Shown: positions 19,414 through 29,027 of the stretch, one piece after another
How positions within the stretch are numbered: position 1 is the first letter of the stretch
How the letters are laid out: the number at the start of each line of letters is the position of its first letter
Virus record (IMG/VR): IMGVR_UViG_3300025372_000001
Length of the DNA: 64,000 nucleotides
Direction: 5' to 3' (one strand)
Source of the DNA: a virus
Lineage: Duplodnaviria; Caudoviricetes
Translations under genes and position numbers: made by a program
The notes under the pieces: model-generated
What the model saw: only the letters and a program-made list of their open reading frames with translations
What the model was told of the DNA's origin: nothing
Database searches by the model: none

Positions 19414-19908
19414 ATGACTGATAGATTTAATACTTTTTTTAACTGGTTAGTGTCTTGGGAAGGTTCCACCTTTGAAGATGATAAAAATGACAAAGGTGGC
19501 CAGACCAAATACGGCCTGGATGCTGCTAGTCATCCCGGTTTAGATATTAAAAATCTAACTAGGGAACAAGCTGCTCAAATCTACTGGAAAGAATCTTGGA
19601 CGGATTTACATATTGAAGAATTACCTGCCGGAATTGGAGAAATTGTCAGTAATATTGCTATCAATTGTGGAACAGGTAAAATAAAATGGTTACAAGAAAT
19701 TGCAGGCGTTACACCAGATGGTAAAATCGGACCTGCTACTATTGCTGCCGTTAATAAATTAGACAGACAAGAAGTGATTGATAAATTATTAACTAAATTA
19801 ACTTCTTTCTATCGAGCTATTGGGGTAGGCACTAACCAAAGATTTGTTAAGGGATGGCTTAACAGGACTGCTGATCTTAAAGATTTTGTGGCTAAATTAA
19901 AGCCTTAA
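19414..19908 (+). CDS. Lysozyme, GH108 family with a PG-binding domain (start revised to ATG 19414)
   Basis: WEGSTFEDDKNDKGGQTKYGL (EGG…DxGGxTxYGI motif); VTPDGKIGPAT; FVKGWLNR. Confidence 0.9.
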   Translation: MTDRFNTFFNWLVSWEGSTFEDDKNDKGGQTKYGLDAASHPGLDIKNLTREQAAQIYWKESWTDLHIEELPAGIGEIVSNIAINCGTGKIKWLQEIAGVTPDGKIGPATIAAVNKLDRQEVIDKLLTKLTSFYRAIGVGTNQRFVKGWLNRTADLKDFVAKLKP

Positions 19909-20279
19909 AAATCTTCGTCGTCATCTTCGTCAAAGTCTTCCATCATTCGGTGTCCAATACTATCAGAGAAGTAGATGTTGAAGAATTCAAAAGCAAGATC
20001 ATTTAAACCCCTTGTTTCCAAAGGGGTTCCATGATTTTCAACAATAATTGTTTCTAATCCATCCGCAGAGAAACCTACAAGCATATAACTATCCATGAAC
20101 TCATGTAAAAGATGTTTAAGCATCTTAACAAATTGTTCTTTCTTTTCAAGAGAAAGATTTTTATATCCTTTGGGTAAGCGTGGATTGGTTGGCAACGAAT
20201 TAATTACATCATCTACCTTTTGATAATGATGAAGCGATTCTGCTATCTTATCCTTTTTGGTAGGTTTTTTTCTTGCCAT
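19905..20279 (-). CDS. Hypothetical late protein (start revised to 20279)
   Basis: TATAAATA at 20285-20292 lies 5 nt before MARKKPTKK. Confidence 0.65.
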   Translation of the reverse strand: MARKKPTKKDKIAESLHHYQKVDDVINSLPTNPRLPKGYKNLSLEKKEQFVKMLKHLLHEFMDSYMLVGFSADGLETIIVENHGTPLETRGLNDLAFEFFNIYFSDSIGHRMMEDFDEDDDEDF

Positions 20280-20287
20280 GTAATTAT

Positions 20288-20623
20288 TTATAAAATTTCT
20301 GTTCGTGCTTTTCCGTAGTGCCAATGTTTGTTTACAATACCTCGTTCGTTGAAATAGTCAATCAATACTTCCACAGAATCCGTATCAATCCTTAGATTAG
20401 GATTGAAGAATCTTCCGCCATCATATAATTGAATGGTAGAATCTTTGAAACAGGTAAGAATAATAGAAGAAACTCCATTATCTACAATGATAGACCATTT
20501 ACGTTTGTCTTCTTCTGTGTAAGAAAGACTATCAATTCGGTCTACAATATATCCGCTATCTCGTAGACGTTTGATAGCATATGATTGGGTGGTGATACGA
20601 TTATTACTGCTCATTTGATTCAA
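20288..20623 (-). CDS. Hypothetical protein, paralogue of the upstream ORF
   Basis: Similarity pattern shared with 20604-20915. Confidence 0.6.
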   Translation of the reverse strand: MNQMSSNNRITTQSYAIKRLRDSGYIVDRIDSLSYTEEDKRKWSIIVDNGVSSIILTCFKDSTIQLYDGGRFFNPNLRIDTDSVEVLIDYFNERGIVNKHWHYGKARTEIL

Positions 20624-20915
20624 AATATGTGGTTACAATTCCTTTACCTAATAGGGTTTCTAACATAGGATAAACATCTTCCTGATAAACATCAGTATGA
20701 ACCTTATCAGAAGTTACCACATCAAAATACCTCGTTCCAGGACCGTATTTGTTAATACCGTACGTTACAATAATATTTTCCTTTCCAGGATTAATAACTG
20801 CACTCCAACATCTATGGTCGGATTGATGATAAACTAAATCAAGCTTAAGTACTTGACATTCATAATGTCGTACCTTGCCTAAAAATGTGGGATAATCTAG
20901 ATATGTGTCTCTCAT
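20604..20915 (-). CDS. Hypothetical protein, paralogue of the downstream ORF
   Basis: Y.QSDHRCWSAVINPG versus YTEEDKRKWSIIVDNG. Confidence 0.6.
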   Translation of the reverse strand: MRDTYLDYPTFLGKVRHYECQVLKLDLVYHQSDHRCWSAVINPGKENIIVTYGINKYGPGTRYFDVVTSDKVHTDVYQEDVYPMLETLLGKGIVTTYFESNEQ

Positions 20916-20919
20916 GGGT

Positions 20920-21654
20920 TTATTTCTTTAATGAAGTTGTAAGATATTGATAGTTACTGTTCTCTCTTTGAAATTGGGCAATTAATGCATTTCGACCTAA
21001 CTTAAATATAACATCCGTATTTGCTCTTTCTAGCAATTTTAGAATATTAATGTTAAAAATATTTGAAGGAATCTCGCCTCTAAAATTATCTGAAATTAAA
21101 ATCTTAATGTCATCATGTACATTAGCCGATTCTGCACTCTTATCACCAAACAAAAAGTATAATTTATTTCCTTCCAATTCAATATAAAACTTTTCAGTCT
21201 CGGAACTGAAATCCAGAACCCTTTTAAGCTCAGACATAATGCTTGCTTCTACTTTAATTTCAGTAGTAAAAGGAAATCTATCAATTGCTTCTGGATTAAT
21301 CTTGGGATCAATTAATAAATTTTGATCAAGAAGTTTAAGATTGAATTTAAGCAAATCGTCTTGATAAGATAGATTGTTATTTTGAATATTAAAAGTGGAA
21401 ACACTTTCTGCCTTCTTTAAACAAGTTAATGCTTTAGTCAATCTAGTTAGATTTACATTAAATCTTGGTAAAGGGTCTTCAATATTAAAAGGAGAGTAGG
21501 TGTTATAGAGACTTACACGATTATCAGACGTTTGGGAAATGCTATATAAGAGGTTATCTTTTACGAAGATGGCGGCTTTACCGTCTTTATTAATCTCCAG
21601 AATCGGAGCTACAAATTCTTTCTGAAAGGATCGAAGATTGATCGTTAACTTCAT
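20920..21654 (-). CDS. gp45: DNA polymerase sliding clamp (gp45/PCNA-like)
   Basis: 244 aa with a two-domain clamp-like pattern (FNVNLTRLTKAL…NNNLSY…FNINILKLL…VIFKLG…YQYLTTSL); near gp32. Confidence 0.7.
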   Translation of the reverse strand: MKLTINLRSFQKEFVAPILEINKDGKAAIFVKDNLLYSISQTSDNRVSLYNTYSPFNIEDPLPRFNVNLTRLTKALTCLKKAESVSTFNIQNNNLSYQDDLLKFNLKLLDQNLLIDPKINPEAIDRFPFTTEIKVEASIMSELKRVLDFSSETEKFYIELEGNKLYFLFGDKSAESANVHDDIKILISDNFRGEIPSNIFNINILKLLERANTDVIFKLGRNALIAQFQRENSNYQYLTTSLKK

Positions 21655-22237
21655 TATTGTCGATTATAGGATTGGTTGATTTAACTACAGGTAATTTACT
21701 TTGTTCAGTGACTCTTATCAACTTATTAACTGCTTTTTTTAAAGTTTTAATTTCTCTTAGAATTATATCTAATGTTGATTCAGGAGGACTTCCTTTTTCT
21801 TGTTGAACATTATTATATTTGGAATAATCTGGCATTTGAAACCCTTGCACATTTTGCATCCCATGAGTAATAGGAGAAGGGTATGGTTGCGGTTGAATTT
21901 GTCCTGCAACAGAAGGAGCTTGCATCAAATCAACGGGATTACCATCTTTATCTCTCATGATAAGAGGCAATTGAACATTGTTAGCAGGGATGCTTTCAGG
22001 TAAACCATATTCACTAACTCCTCCTGAATTAAAATTTTGTTGAGGAGGATAATACGGTTGAGGGGGTTGTTGATAAGGATTAGGAGGATAGTATGGCTGT
22101 TGTTGAGGATATTGGGGTTGATTCGGATTTAAAAATCTTCGGGGATCAATTCTACCATCTCTAATCTGTTTATGATTTAGCCATAAATTAGATTGGTGAG
22201 CTAAGGCAGCAATATCAATGTTATCATTCGGTTCCAT
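21590..22237 (-). CDS. Hypothetical protein with a Q/P/Y-rich low-complexity region and a C-terminal coiled coil
   Basis: PQYPQQQPYYPPNPYQQPPQPYYPPQQ; LDIILREIKTLKKAVNKL. Confidence 0.65.
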   Translation of the reverse strand: MEPNDNIDIAALAHQSNLWLNHKQIRDGRIDPRRFLNPNQPQYPQQQPYYPPNPYQQPPQPYYPPQQNFNSGGVSEYGLPESIPANNVQLPLIMRDKDGNPVDLMQAPSVAGQIQPQPYPSPITHGMQNVQGFQMPDYSKYNNVQQEKGSPPESTLDIILREIKTLKKAVNKLIRVTEQSKLPVVKSTNPIIDNNEVNDQSSILSERICSSDSGD

Positions 22238-22291
22238 TTATAATGCTACTTAGCTCACCAATTAATTATTATCAATATCTACTTTAAACTA

Positions 22292-23236
22292 TTAATCGGC
22301 TAATAGTTCATCAATCTCTGCATCATAACTAGCTTTACTTGACTTAGCAGAAGTTAAATGCGGAATTTCATCATCTTCATCATTGGTATCAACCTCTTGC
22401 GTATCAGCAGCATCAGCCAATTCATCTTCTACAGAGGCAGAAGTACCGAACCAATGAAGGTCAAGTAGTTCTTTCAGTTCTGCTTGGGATTTAAGGGCAG
22501 GAACCAACTCATTTAGATCATGAGCAGATTGAAGAATTTCCATGACTTGATCTTTGGTATAATCCAGTTCAATTTCATATTCTTCCATTAGATCAAATTT
22601 GGATTGATCATAGTTAGGGAATCCGCCTTTTTCAATTACATCAAAAACAAATTTTACATTGTCTTTAACGGTATTTGGATAGAGGAAACCTTTCTTGCCG
22701 ATTTTCTTTTGTCCTGCTCCCATAAGTCCATCAAAGATAGCCTTATATACAGCAGATTTCGGATTCTTTTCTTTATCAAGTTGAGCAGGATAACGAGGAA
22801 CAACCACTTTACCAATGCTTTCTTTTGCAGCCGGATCGTCTCCGATTACTTTTAGAAGTAAGAAATTTACCAGTTGTTTCCGTTGAGAAAAGAGCTTATA
22901 AGTTTCTTTCATTGCTGCTTCATCGCCTGCTTCTTTGGCTTTCTTATATTCATCCCATTGTGTTTTGTTTACAATGTTTTCGCCTTTATACTTAAGGGCA
23001 GGATCATTATAAGACCTACCTAGATAGACGTAAGAGCCATCTACACGGCTAGTAAAACCGTTTTCTTCAAATGATACTAATGTATCTTTTGCAGTAGGAA
23101 CAAATAGACCAATGTATTTGCAACCTTTTTTGAAGCGTAGAATTCGGGGATCAACCGAACTGTTTACTGTCTTGTTATTCTTTTCTTCTGTTTCTTTTAG
23201 CGTATTAATATTATTAATAATGTCTTCAATGTTCAT
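22292..23236 (-). CDS. gp32: Single-stranded DNA-binding protein gp32-like
   Basis: DPRILRF…FVP…, KGGFPNYDQSKF, SQAELKELLDLHW, acidic tail ending in DELLAD. Confidence 0.85.
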   Translation of the reverse strand: MNIEDIINNINTLKETEEKNNKTVNSSVDPRILRFKKGCKYIGLFVPTAKDTLVSFEENGFTSRVDGSYVYLGRSYNDPALKYKGENIVNKTQWDEYKKAKEAGDEAAMKETYKLFSQRKQLVNFLLLKVIGDDPAAKESIGKVVVPRYPAQLDKEKNPKSAVYKAIFDGLMGAGQKKIGKKGFLYPNTVKDNVKFVFDVIEKGGFPNYDQSKFDLMEEYEIELDYTKDQVMEILQSAHDLNELVPALKSQAELKELLDLHWFGTSASVEDELADAADTQEVDTNDEDDEIPHLTSAKSSKASYDAEIDELLAD

Positions 23237-23298
23237 ATTTTTTGTTTGTTATTTTATTGTTTTTGTCAAGGAAAAGTTGTCTTCCCCTTTGAAATTAT

Positions 23299-23976
23299 TT
23301 ACTTCGTAATTCTGTTGTTTTCCAGATTTTTCTGAATGAGAAATTGCTCGATTTCTTTCACTTTCTTCTCTAAGAATTGTCTGGTTATCTTACTACTTGC
23401 CCATGCCGTAATCAAGTTATTAAGATCGATTTCTTCTCCGAAATACAACGAAAATTCATCAACTGGCATTGTTTGAATCAAAGATAAAAATCCTGGTAAT
23501 ACTAATACCAAATACCAAGAAATCTGATGATTCTTTAAATGCTTCAAACAATCATTTTGGGCAACTGATTTATATTGAACATACTGATATAGAAACAATT
23601 TATGTTCAAAACAGAAATTAGTTACAAACCTCAATGATTCCTTAATATATTCTAATTGTTCATCTGGTTTTTGTTGATCCAGAAGTTTGAAATAAGCAAT
23701 GCAAGTCATTAATGCTTTTTGCGTTGCGTATGATTCAAGGGAATAATATTGATCTTTTTCTTTAGTATGAACTTGGAAAGGAGCATCGAAGAATTCTTGT
23801 CTCCTCAAGTGTGGATATTTCTCAAAAGTCTTCTCGATTTTAATTAAAGAAGGAAGATATTTTTCTTCATTGAATTTAGAGAAGTCTCTCCTATAACGAA
23901 AAGGTTTATCATTATTCCTTCTTTGAGCAGATATATACCAATTATAAATCTGCTTTTGTGTCTCGTTTAACATCAA
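23299..23976 (-). CDS. Probable helicase loader gp59-like
   Basis: Size ~220 aa, adjacent to gp32 as in T4; C-terminal half (ESLRFVTNFC…LKHLKNHQISWYLVLVLPGF) parallels gp59. Confidence 0.5.
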   Translation of the reverse strand: MMLNETQKQIYNWYISAQRRNNDKPFRYRRDFSKFNEEKYLPSLIKIEKTFEKYPHLRRQEFFDAPFQVHTKEKDQYYSLESYATQKALMTCIAYFKLLDQQKPDEQLEYIKESLRFVTNFCFEHKLFLYQYVQYKSVAQNDCLKHLKNHQISWYLVLVLPGFLSLIQTMPVDEFSLYFGEEIDLNNLITAWASSKITRQFLEKKVKEIEQFLIQKNLENNRITK

Positions 23977-24416
23977 TGAATTGGAATTTGAAGGTCTTGA
24001 ATAAACTGCTTAATCCTTTGAACAATCTTATAATGAATCAACACATCATTGCCTTTGTAAGAGAAATTATAAGATTTTTTAGAAAGTAAAACTTTGGCAA
24101 TGGCTCTTTGATTGGATAAAAATGGATATTTTAAATAAAGAATAATGAAAACAATGTCTTCTAAAGTATTATTTTGAGAAGAGATATATTTCATGAATTG
24201 ATTTAAGCGAGTTATATCATAAAGATATTCGTCACAGAAATCAATTTCATATTCGTCAAAGTTTTTGTGATTTTGTTCAAAAAAATTGATTTTACAAAAT
24301 TCCAAAATCTTTTCTTCTTCTTTAACTTGTTTAGGAGAAGTGTCGAATGAGGACAATAATCCAACTAAGGATTTGAGCCATTTATCGAAGTCAAAGGAAG
24401 GGAAAATATTATTCAT
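23973..24416 (-). CDS. Hypothetical protein
   Basis: 147-aa ORF with ATGA overlaps. Confidence 0.6.
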   Translation of the reverse strand: MNNIFPSFDFDKWLKSLVGLLSSFDTSPKQVKEEEKILEFCKINFFEQNHKNFDEYEIDFCDEYLYDITRLNQFMKYISSQNNTLEDIVFIILYLKYPFLSNQRAIAKVLLSKKSYNFSYKGNDVLIHYKIVQRIKQFIQDLQIPIH

Positions 24417-24676
24417 TTTATTTTCTTAGATTTATTTAGAACGGGCCATCTGTGGCTCATATAGGACACAATAACATACCAAGATTGATCAGTCAAGTCC
24501 AAAAGAAACGTTCTCAACTGTTCATCTTTTCTTAACATTGAAAATAAAGTTACACAAGAAATAGGTTTATTGACAACGATGGATAACCATGATCCAAATT
24601 TATTAATTGTTTCTTCTAATTCAATAGTATTTAAAATTTCACTTGGAGCAGGAATAGTATGATCGTACGGTAACAT
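24413..24676 (-). CDS. Hypothetical protein (start probably 24676)
   Basis: TAAATA 24682-24687 lies 5 nt before the second ATG. Confidence 0.55.
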   Translation of the reverse strand: MLPYDHTIPAPSEILNTIELEETINKFGSWLSIVVNKPISCVTLFSMLRKDEQLRTFLLDLTDQSWYVIVSYMSHRWPVLNKSKKIK

Positions 24677-24696
24677 GACCATATTTATTCCTTAAA

Positions 24697-26034
24697 TTAT
24701 AAGATTTCATCCAAGGAGAATGCTGCATTTACTTGGGCAGTATCATTAGCAGGACTATTATCTTGATCTGGTTCAGATAGTTTTAAAGTGTCATAGTCAA
24801 TATTCCAGAAAGAGGAATGTCCTTTTGCTCCATCTCTGGCTTTTTCTCCAATATAACGAAGAATATTACATTCTCTGTCAATATCAGTTTGCCAAATGTT
24901 GACGTGCCAATCTTCATCGGAAATCATATCCCAAGAACCTGATACTGAATCCAGTTTTGGAGATTCTTGTCCGTGCGAACTTCTATTTAATTGAGCAACA
25001 CTAATTCCAGGGGCATTTAACATGTAAGTCAATCCACGGCATTCCTGTGTAATAAACTGCATTTCTGTATGTTTAGATGCTTGTCTTACGGAGGGAATCA
25101 ATAAACCATGATAATCAAATGCAACAAAACGTGGTTCAAATGACTTTCTTTTCTTTAATATTCCTGCATGAGCAAGCAAAGTTTTAGCAGATACACTCTT
25201 AGTCGGAAACTCTTTAATAATTAGTCTCGACATATGTTCTCTGATAAAAGTTTGAACATATTCTTTAAAATTATCAATATTATTAGGGAGATTGGCAAGA
25301 GCAATACCAGTTAGAATTGCGGCAATACGTTTTGCATATCGCATTTCAGACATTTCTAAAGTATAAAGTAATACGTTCTTATTTTGTAAAAGAACGTTTA
25401 CAATGATATTTGCTAAACATATGCTTTTACCTGTGTTAGTTGAGCCACCAATGACACCGAATTGTTTTCCTTCGTCGTGAAATCCTCCACCAATTGCTTG
25501 ATCAAAATTGGGGAAGCCAGAAGAAAATATTTTGTCGGTTTGACTGAAATAATCTGCAACTCTATCAACTTCTGCAAAGAATTCCAATCCTAAATTATCA
25601 ATCAATGATATTGCCTGAATCTTTTCTGACTCTTGTTGAAATGTATCTAAATTAAAAACCTTATCAGCTATCTTCTGATCAATTGTTGCATTTAAAAGAA
25701 TTTCTGTCTTCCTTTGTTTTAGAAAGTGTTCAGTGTTCTTGATTAATTCTGCTTCATTGTATTCATAATCCAATCCTTTAATAGTTTTAATGGATGCTTC
25801 TAAATGAGTTCGAGCTTGAGCAGAAAGAACTCTTGCTTTTAGTTCTGTTAAAGTTGGAACAGTGGAATTTTCTAAATAAAAAGATTTAATTAGATCAACG
25901 ATGATTCCAATATCTTTATCTTTGAAGAGGTCTTTTTCTAGATGTTCGATGCAAGAGGCAAGGAACGGACTTTCTTTTTTGAGAATATTTTGGAAGATAA
26001 TTTTTTCATAAAAGTCTAGATCGATTTTAATCAT
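24697..26034 (-). CDS. gp41: Replicative DNA helicase gp41 (DnaB-like); start revised to 26034
   Basis: Walker A GGSTNTGKS, LYTLEM, LIIKEFPT, FDYHGL, SVAQLNR, EKARDG. Confidence 0.93.
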   Translation of the reverse strand: MIKIDLDFYEKIIFQNILKKESPFLASCIEHLEKDLFKDKDIGIIVDLIKSFYLENSTVPTLTELKARVLSAQARTHLEASIKTIKGLDYEYNEAELIKNTEHFLKQRKTEILLNATIDQKIADKVFNLDTFQQESEKIQAISLIDNLGLEFFAEVDRVADYFSQTDKIFSSGFPNFDQAIGGGFHDEGKQFGVIGGSTNTGKSICLANIIVNVLLQNKNVLLYTLEMSEMRYAKRIAAILTGIALANLPNNIDNFKEYVQTFIREHMSRLIIKEFPTKSVSAKTLLAHAGILKKRKSFEPRFVAFDYHGLLIPSVRQASKHTEMQFITQECRGLTYMLNAPGISVAQLNRSSHGQESPKLDSVSGSWDMISDEDWHVNIWQTDIDRECNILRYIGEKARDGAKGHSSFWNIDYDTLKLSEPDQDNSPANDTAQVNAAFSLDEIL

Positions 26035-26341
26035 TAGTTTGGTGGAAGGTGAAGTTTGTAATACGGTCTTTAAAGGATTTGTTGGAGAGATGTTTAAATT
26101 TGAACCATTCTTCAAAAATGCGATGGTCTAATTTCTCTTCCGATTCGTCCGCTGTTGCTTTGGTATTATACTCGCTTCTCTTGGCAAAAGCATCATAAAT
26201 CTGTCCTACGGTCAATCTTTCAAACCTTCCGGTTGTCTCGTTCTTTCTTTCCATTGCCATATCTTTTTCGGAAAAGGAAATGGTGTAAGAATTCGGTTTA
26301 TTGACGAATGTTCCTGAATAGTAAACGGTTGCATGTATCAT
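26027..26341 (-). CDS. Hypothetical protein
   Basis: ATGA overlap with the methyltransferase stop codon. Confidence 0.55.
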   Translation of the reverse strand: MIHATVYYSGTFVNKPNSYTISFSEKDMAMERKNETTGRFERLTVGQIYDAFAKRSEYNTKATADESEEKLDHRIFEEWFKFKHLSNKSFKDRITNFTFHQTND

Positions 26342-27000
26342 TTTAGTCTTTCTAAGCAAATATTATAATAGTTTTCTTCTTTTTCGATACCTATGAATTG
26401 ACGATTAAGATTTTTAGCGGCAACGCAAGTTGTTCCGCTGCCCATGAATAAATCTAATACCAAATCTCCTTCATTGGAACTATTTTCTATGAGCTTCTGG
26501 ATCAATGATAGTGGTTTTTCAGTTGGGTGAACCTTACCAGATGCTAAGGTTGGCGTTTCCACGTTGAAATAATCTCTGGATGTAGGATCGTTAATTCTTT
26601 TTGCGGCACCTTTTCTAAAAAAGAGAATCTTTTCAGTATATTTTAAATACCATCTATTCGGCATTTTAGTATTTTTAATCATACTAAGAATATTATGTAA
26701 TTCAAAACCGACACTATCGGCAGCATTTAAATAGGAGCGAATATCATTGTTATTACAGAACGTGTAGAAGTGTGTTCGATTTTTTAAAACTCTAAAACAT
26801 TCACCCATCCAAAGTTTAGGATCAATAATTGCAGATGGAAACAAGCTCCCTGAATTACTTGCTGGCATATAATTTGGACGACAAGATTTGCCATTTTTTG
26901 TCATTTTAAATGGTGGGTCAGTGAGAACTAAGTCAATAGATTCATCTGAAATATTATACATTTCTTCTAAACAATCGCCAAGAATTAATTTTTGTATCAT
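26338..27000 (-). CDS. Orphan DNA methyltransferase, beta class N6A/N4C
   Basis: ILGDCLEEM, DLVLTDPPF, HPTEKP, VLDLFMGSGTTCVAA, FIGIE. Confidence 0.93.
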   Translation of the reverse strand: MIQKLILGDCLEEMYNISDESIDLVLTDPPFKMTKNGKSCRPNYMPASNSGSLFPSAIIDPKLWMGECFRVLKNRTHFYTFCNNNDIRSYLNAADSVGFELHNILSMIKNTKMPNRWYLKYTEKILFFRKGAAKRINDPTSRDYFNVETPTLASGKVHPTEKPLSLIQKLIENSSNEGDLVLDLFMGSGTTCVAAKNLNRQFIGIEKEENYYNICLERLK

Positions 27001-27038
27001 AATAATAAAAGGCACCGGTATAGAGATATACCGGTGCC
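27001..27038 (-). terminator. Rho-independent terminator
   Basis: ggcaccggtata-gaga-tataccggtgcc 12-bp stem with a T tract on the - strand. Confidence 0.8.
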
Positions 27039-27051
27039 GCCCAATCTTTCT

Positions 27052-27234
27052 TTACTCTGGTTTAATTAGACCTTTAAGCTTCTTTGCAATATATGCAAAA
27101 ATCTTACGTTCTCTAACTACTTGTTGATCTTGAGTTCCGATTTGGACAAGAGGAACGGTTTTAGTTCCTTTGCCTACTTGTTCCCATTCTTCGATCACGA
27201 TTTCCAATTCTTTATTATTATTATTATTATTCAT
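27052..27234 (-). CDS. Small hypothetical protein with an N-terminal poly-Asn run
   Basis: 60-aa ORF between uvsX and the terminator (the position of T4 gene 40). Confidence 0.5.
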   Translation of the reverse strand: MNNNNNNKELEIVIEEWEQVGKGTKTVPLVQIGTQDQQVVRERKIFAYIAKKLKGLIKPE

Positions 27235-27238
27235 ATTG

Positions 27239-28249
27239 TTACAGTTTATATAGATTTTCTACTTCGGTAGTGAACGCTTTATTGGCAAGAAGTTCATTCA
27301 TTAGTTCTTCTGAATCTTCAATATCAATTCGACGCATTGATTTATGTTCTTCCGGCCAATTCTTCATTTTATACCATCCTTGTTTAGGAGCAACAATGTA
27401 ACCCAATTCAAGGGCAATGTCAAACAGTCCTGAGAACTTTGCAATACCTTTCTCATACGAGACAGTAATCGGGAATTCAGATTTTTCTCGAATGTATCGA
27501 GAGAATTTAATTCTAATTACAAAATCAAAACCGGTAATTTCTCCTCCTTCTTTATTAGTTCTTTTGCCAATATTCCAAAGAGTATGTCCTGCATATTGTG
27601 CTCCTCTACCACCAGATGCAACCTCTTCTGGAAACATGTCCATTGTTTGATAGGTATGATTGATAACAATCATTGGAATCTGTTTAAGATTAATCTGGGG
27701 ATTAATAATCCGAAACATTGATTTAATCTGTTTTGCTCTAGTCATATCTGCCACTGCTTTATCACTAATAGCATCATCAATTTCCTTTTTAGAAGGAAGC
27801 ATACCTAATGAATCTACACAAATCATTACCTTATCATCAAACCCTACATCATTAAGAAGATTAGCAATATCGCTACGTAAACCTTCTACATTAGTGATGG
27901 GGCGACGATCAAATTTCTCTTGACTACAATCAACTCCTGCTGTAATGAAGTATTCATCAGGTGTTCCGAATTCACTATCATAGAAGATAATAAGATGATC
28001 AGTGCCTTCGTGCTTCTGTTGAAAGGCTTTCATTGCCTGAATCATCAAACTGCTTTTAAAGTGCTTTGGTGGGGCAGCAATCATAGTAATACCAGGAGGG
28101 ATACCGCCATCAAATGATCCAGTTGCAGCCAGATTTAGAATGGGAATATCTAGATGAATATATTGCTGTGTATCAAAATACTTAGAGTTTTTAAGTAGGT
28201 CTTTACTAATTGTTGTGTTCTTGCGGAGTTTGCTAAAAAGTGATTCCAT
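27239..28249 (-). CDS. uvsX: RecA-like recombinase UvsX
   Basis: LNLAATGSFDGG, AAPPKHFKS, FYDSEFG, VDSLGML, DMTRAKQIKSMFR, VINHTY, SGGRG. Confidence 0.95.
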   Translation of the reverse strand: MESLFSKLRKNTTISKDLLKNSKYFDTQQYIHLDIPILNLAATGSFDGGIPPGITMIAAPPKHFKSSLMIQAMKAFQQKHEGTDHLIIFYDSEFGTPDEYFITAGVDCSQEKFDRRPITNVEGLRSDIANLLNDVGFDDKVMICVDSLGMLPSKKEIDDAISDKAVADMTRAKQIKSMFRIINPQINLKQIPMIVINHTYQTMDMFPEEVASGGRGAQYAGHTLWNIGKRTNKEGGEITGFDFVIRIKFSRYIREKSEFPITVSYEKGIAKFSGLFDIALELGYIVAPKQGWYKMKNWPEEHKSMRRIDIEDSEELMNELLANKAFTTEVENLYKL

Positions 28250-28286
28250 GGATTATAATATACCTTATTGAACTTTCTAAAACAAT

Positions 28287-28316
28287 AAAAAAAGGCGAGA
28301 ATTTCTCGCCTTTTTT
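28287..28316. terminator. Bidirectional Rho-independent terminator
   Basis: aaaaaaaggcgagaa-t-ttctcgccttttt. Confidence 0.75.
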
Positions 28317-28317
28317 C

Positions 28318-28701
28318 TTAGAATAGATTAATGATGTTATCTTCTGGTGGTTTAGTTCCAGGATTAACCACGGGAGGAGTCATACCCACAAAATTCTGAA
28401 TATAAATATTCTTCACTTGATCCACCAACTCTAACTTATTAGGATTAAGTAAATCTTCCTTCTTAAAAGAAGTCTCAAAATCAATACTTTGTTCCTTTAG
28501 AAATCCCATTACATGAAAAGGGGGATCAAGAGTAAGAAGTGTAAGAGGAAAGAAAGTAGGAACTACTCCATTACCTGCTTTATCTTTTTCAATACTACAA
28601 AGTAAGGCTCGTCGCAATACAATATGTGTATCTGTTTCATTAACTAAAATTCCAACAATAAATTGGCTGATGTCCCGGTAAATTCCTACGATTTGTTCCA
28701 T
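28318..28701 (-). CDS. Hypothetical protein (possible Sm-like fold)
   Basis: QFIVGILVNETDTHIVLRRA beta pattern. Confidence 0.55.
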   Translation of the reverse strand: MEQIVGIYRDISQFIVGILVNETDTHIVLRRALLCSIEKDKAGNGVVPTFFPLTLLTLDPPFHVMGFLKEQSIDFETSFKKEDLLNPNKLELVDQVKNIYIQNFVGMTPPVVNPGTKPPEDNIINLF

Positions 28702-28742
28702 GATTATATTAACAAATCAACAAGGTTTTATTCAAGTAAAAT

Positions 28743-29027
28743 CTAGTGCTTTTTTAGTTTTCCTTGGAATTTCTTTTCAAGAGCAGCATAACTGGAATAT
28801 GAATTCAAATTAAAACTTTCCAATAATCCTTTATATTCTAATTCTTTATCTTTGATAACTTTTAGTAATTGGAATTTCTCAAATTCGAGAAGAACTTGGA
28901 GTTCGGCTTTACTAATCCATTTATTTGCATGATAATCTTCCTGAATAACTTCGGGGTTTCTATCTTCAAAAAAGATATTATAATATCTTTTGATACTAGC
29001 CAAAGATTTCTTCCAAAGTTGCTTCAT
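28743..29027 (-). CDS. Hypothetical protein
   Basis: 94-aa ORF overlapping the 3' end of the polymerase gene. Confidence 0.45.
   Translation of the reverse strand: MKQLWKKSLASIKRYYNIFFEDRNPEVIQEDYHANKWISKAELQVLLEFEKFQLLKVIKDKELEYKGLLESFNLNSYSSYAALEKKFQGKLKKH

Noticed and set aside
27208-27231. (AAT)n microsatellite as a phase-variation switch
   Set aside because: A triplet repeat that keeps the frame (poly-Asn) in a tiny ORF; easily explained by AT-rich slippage
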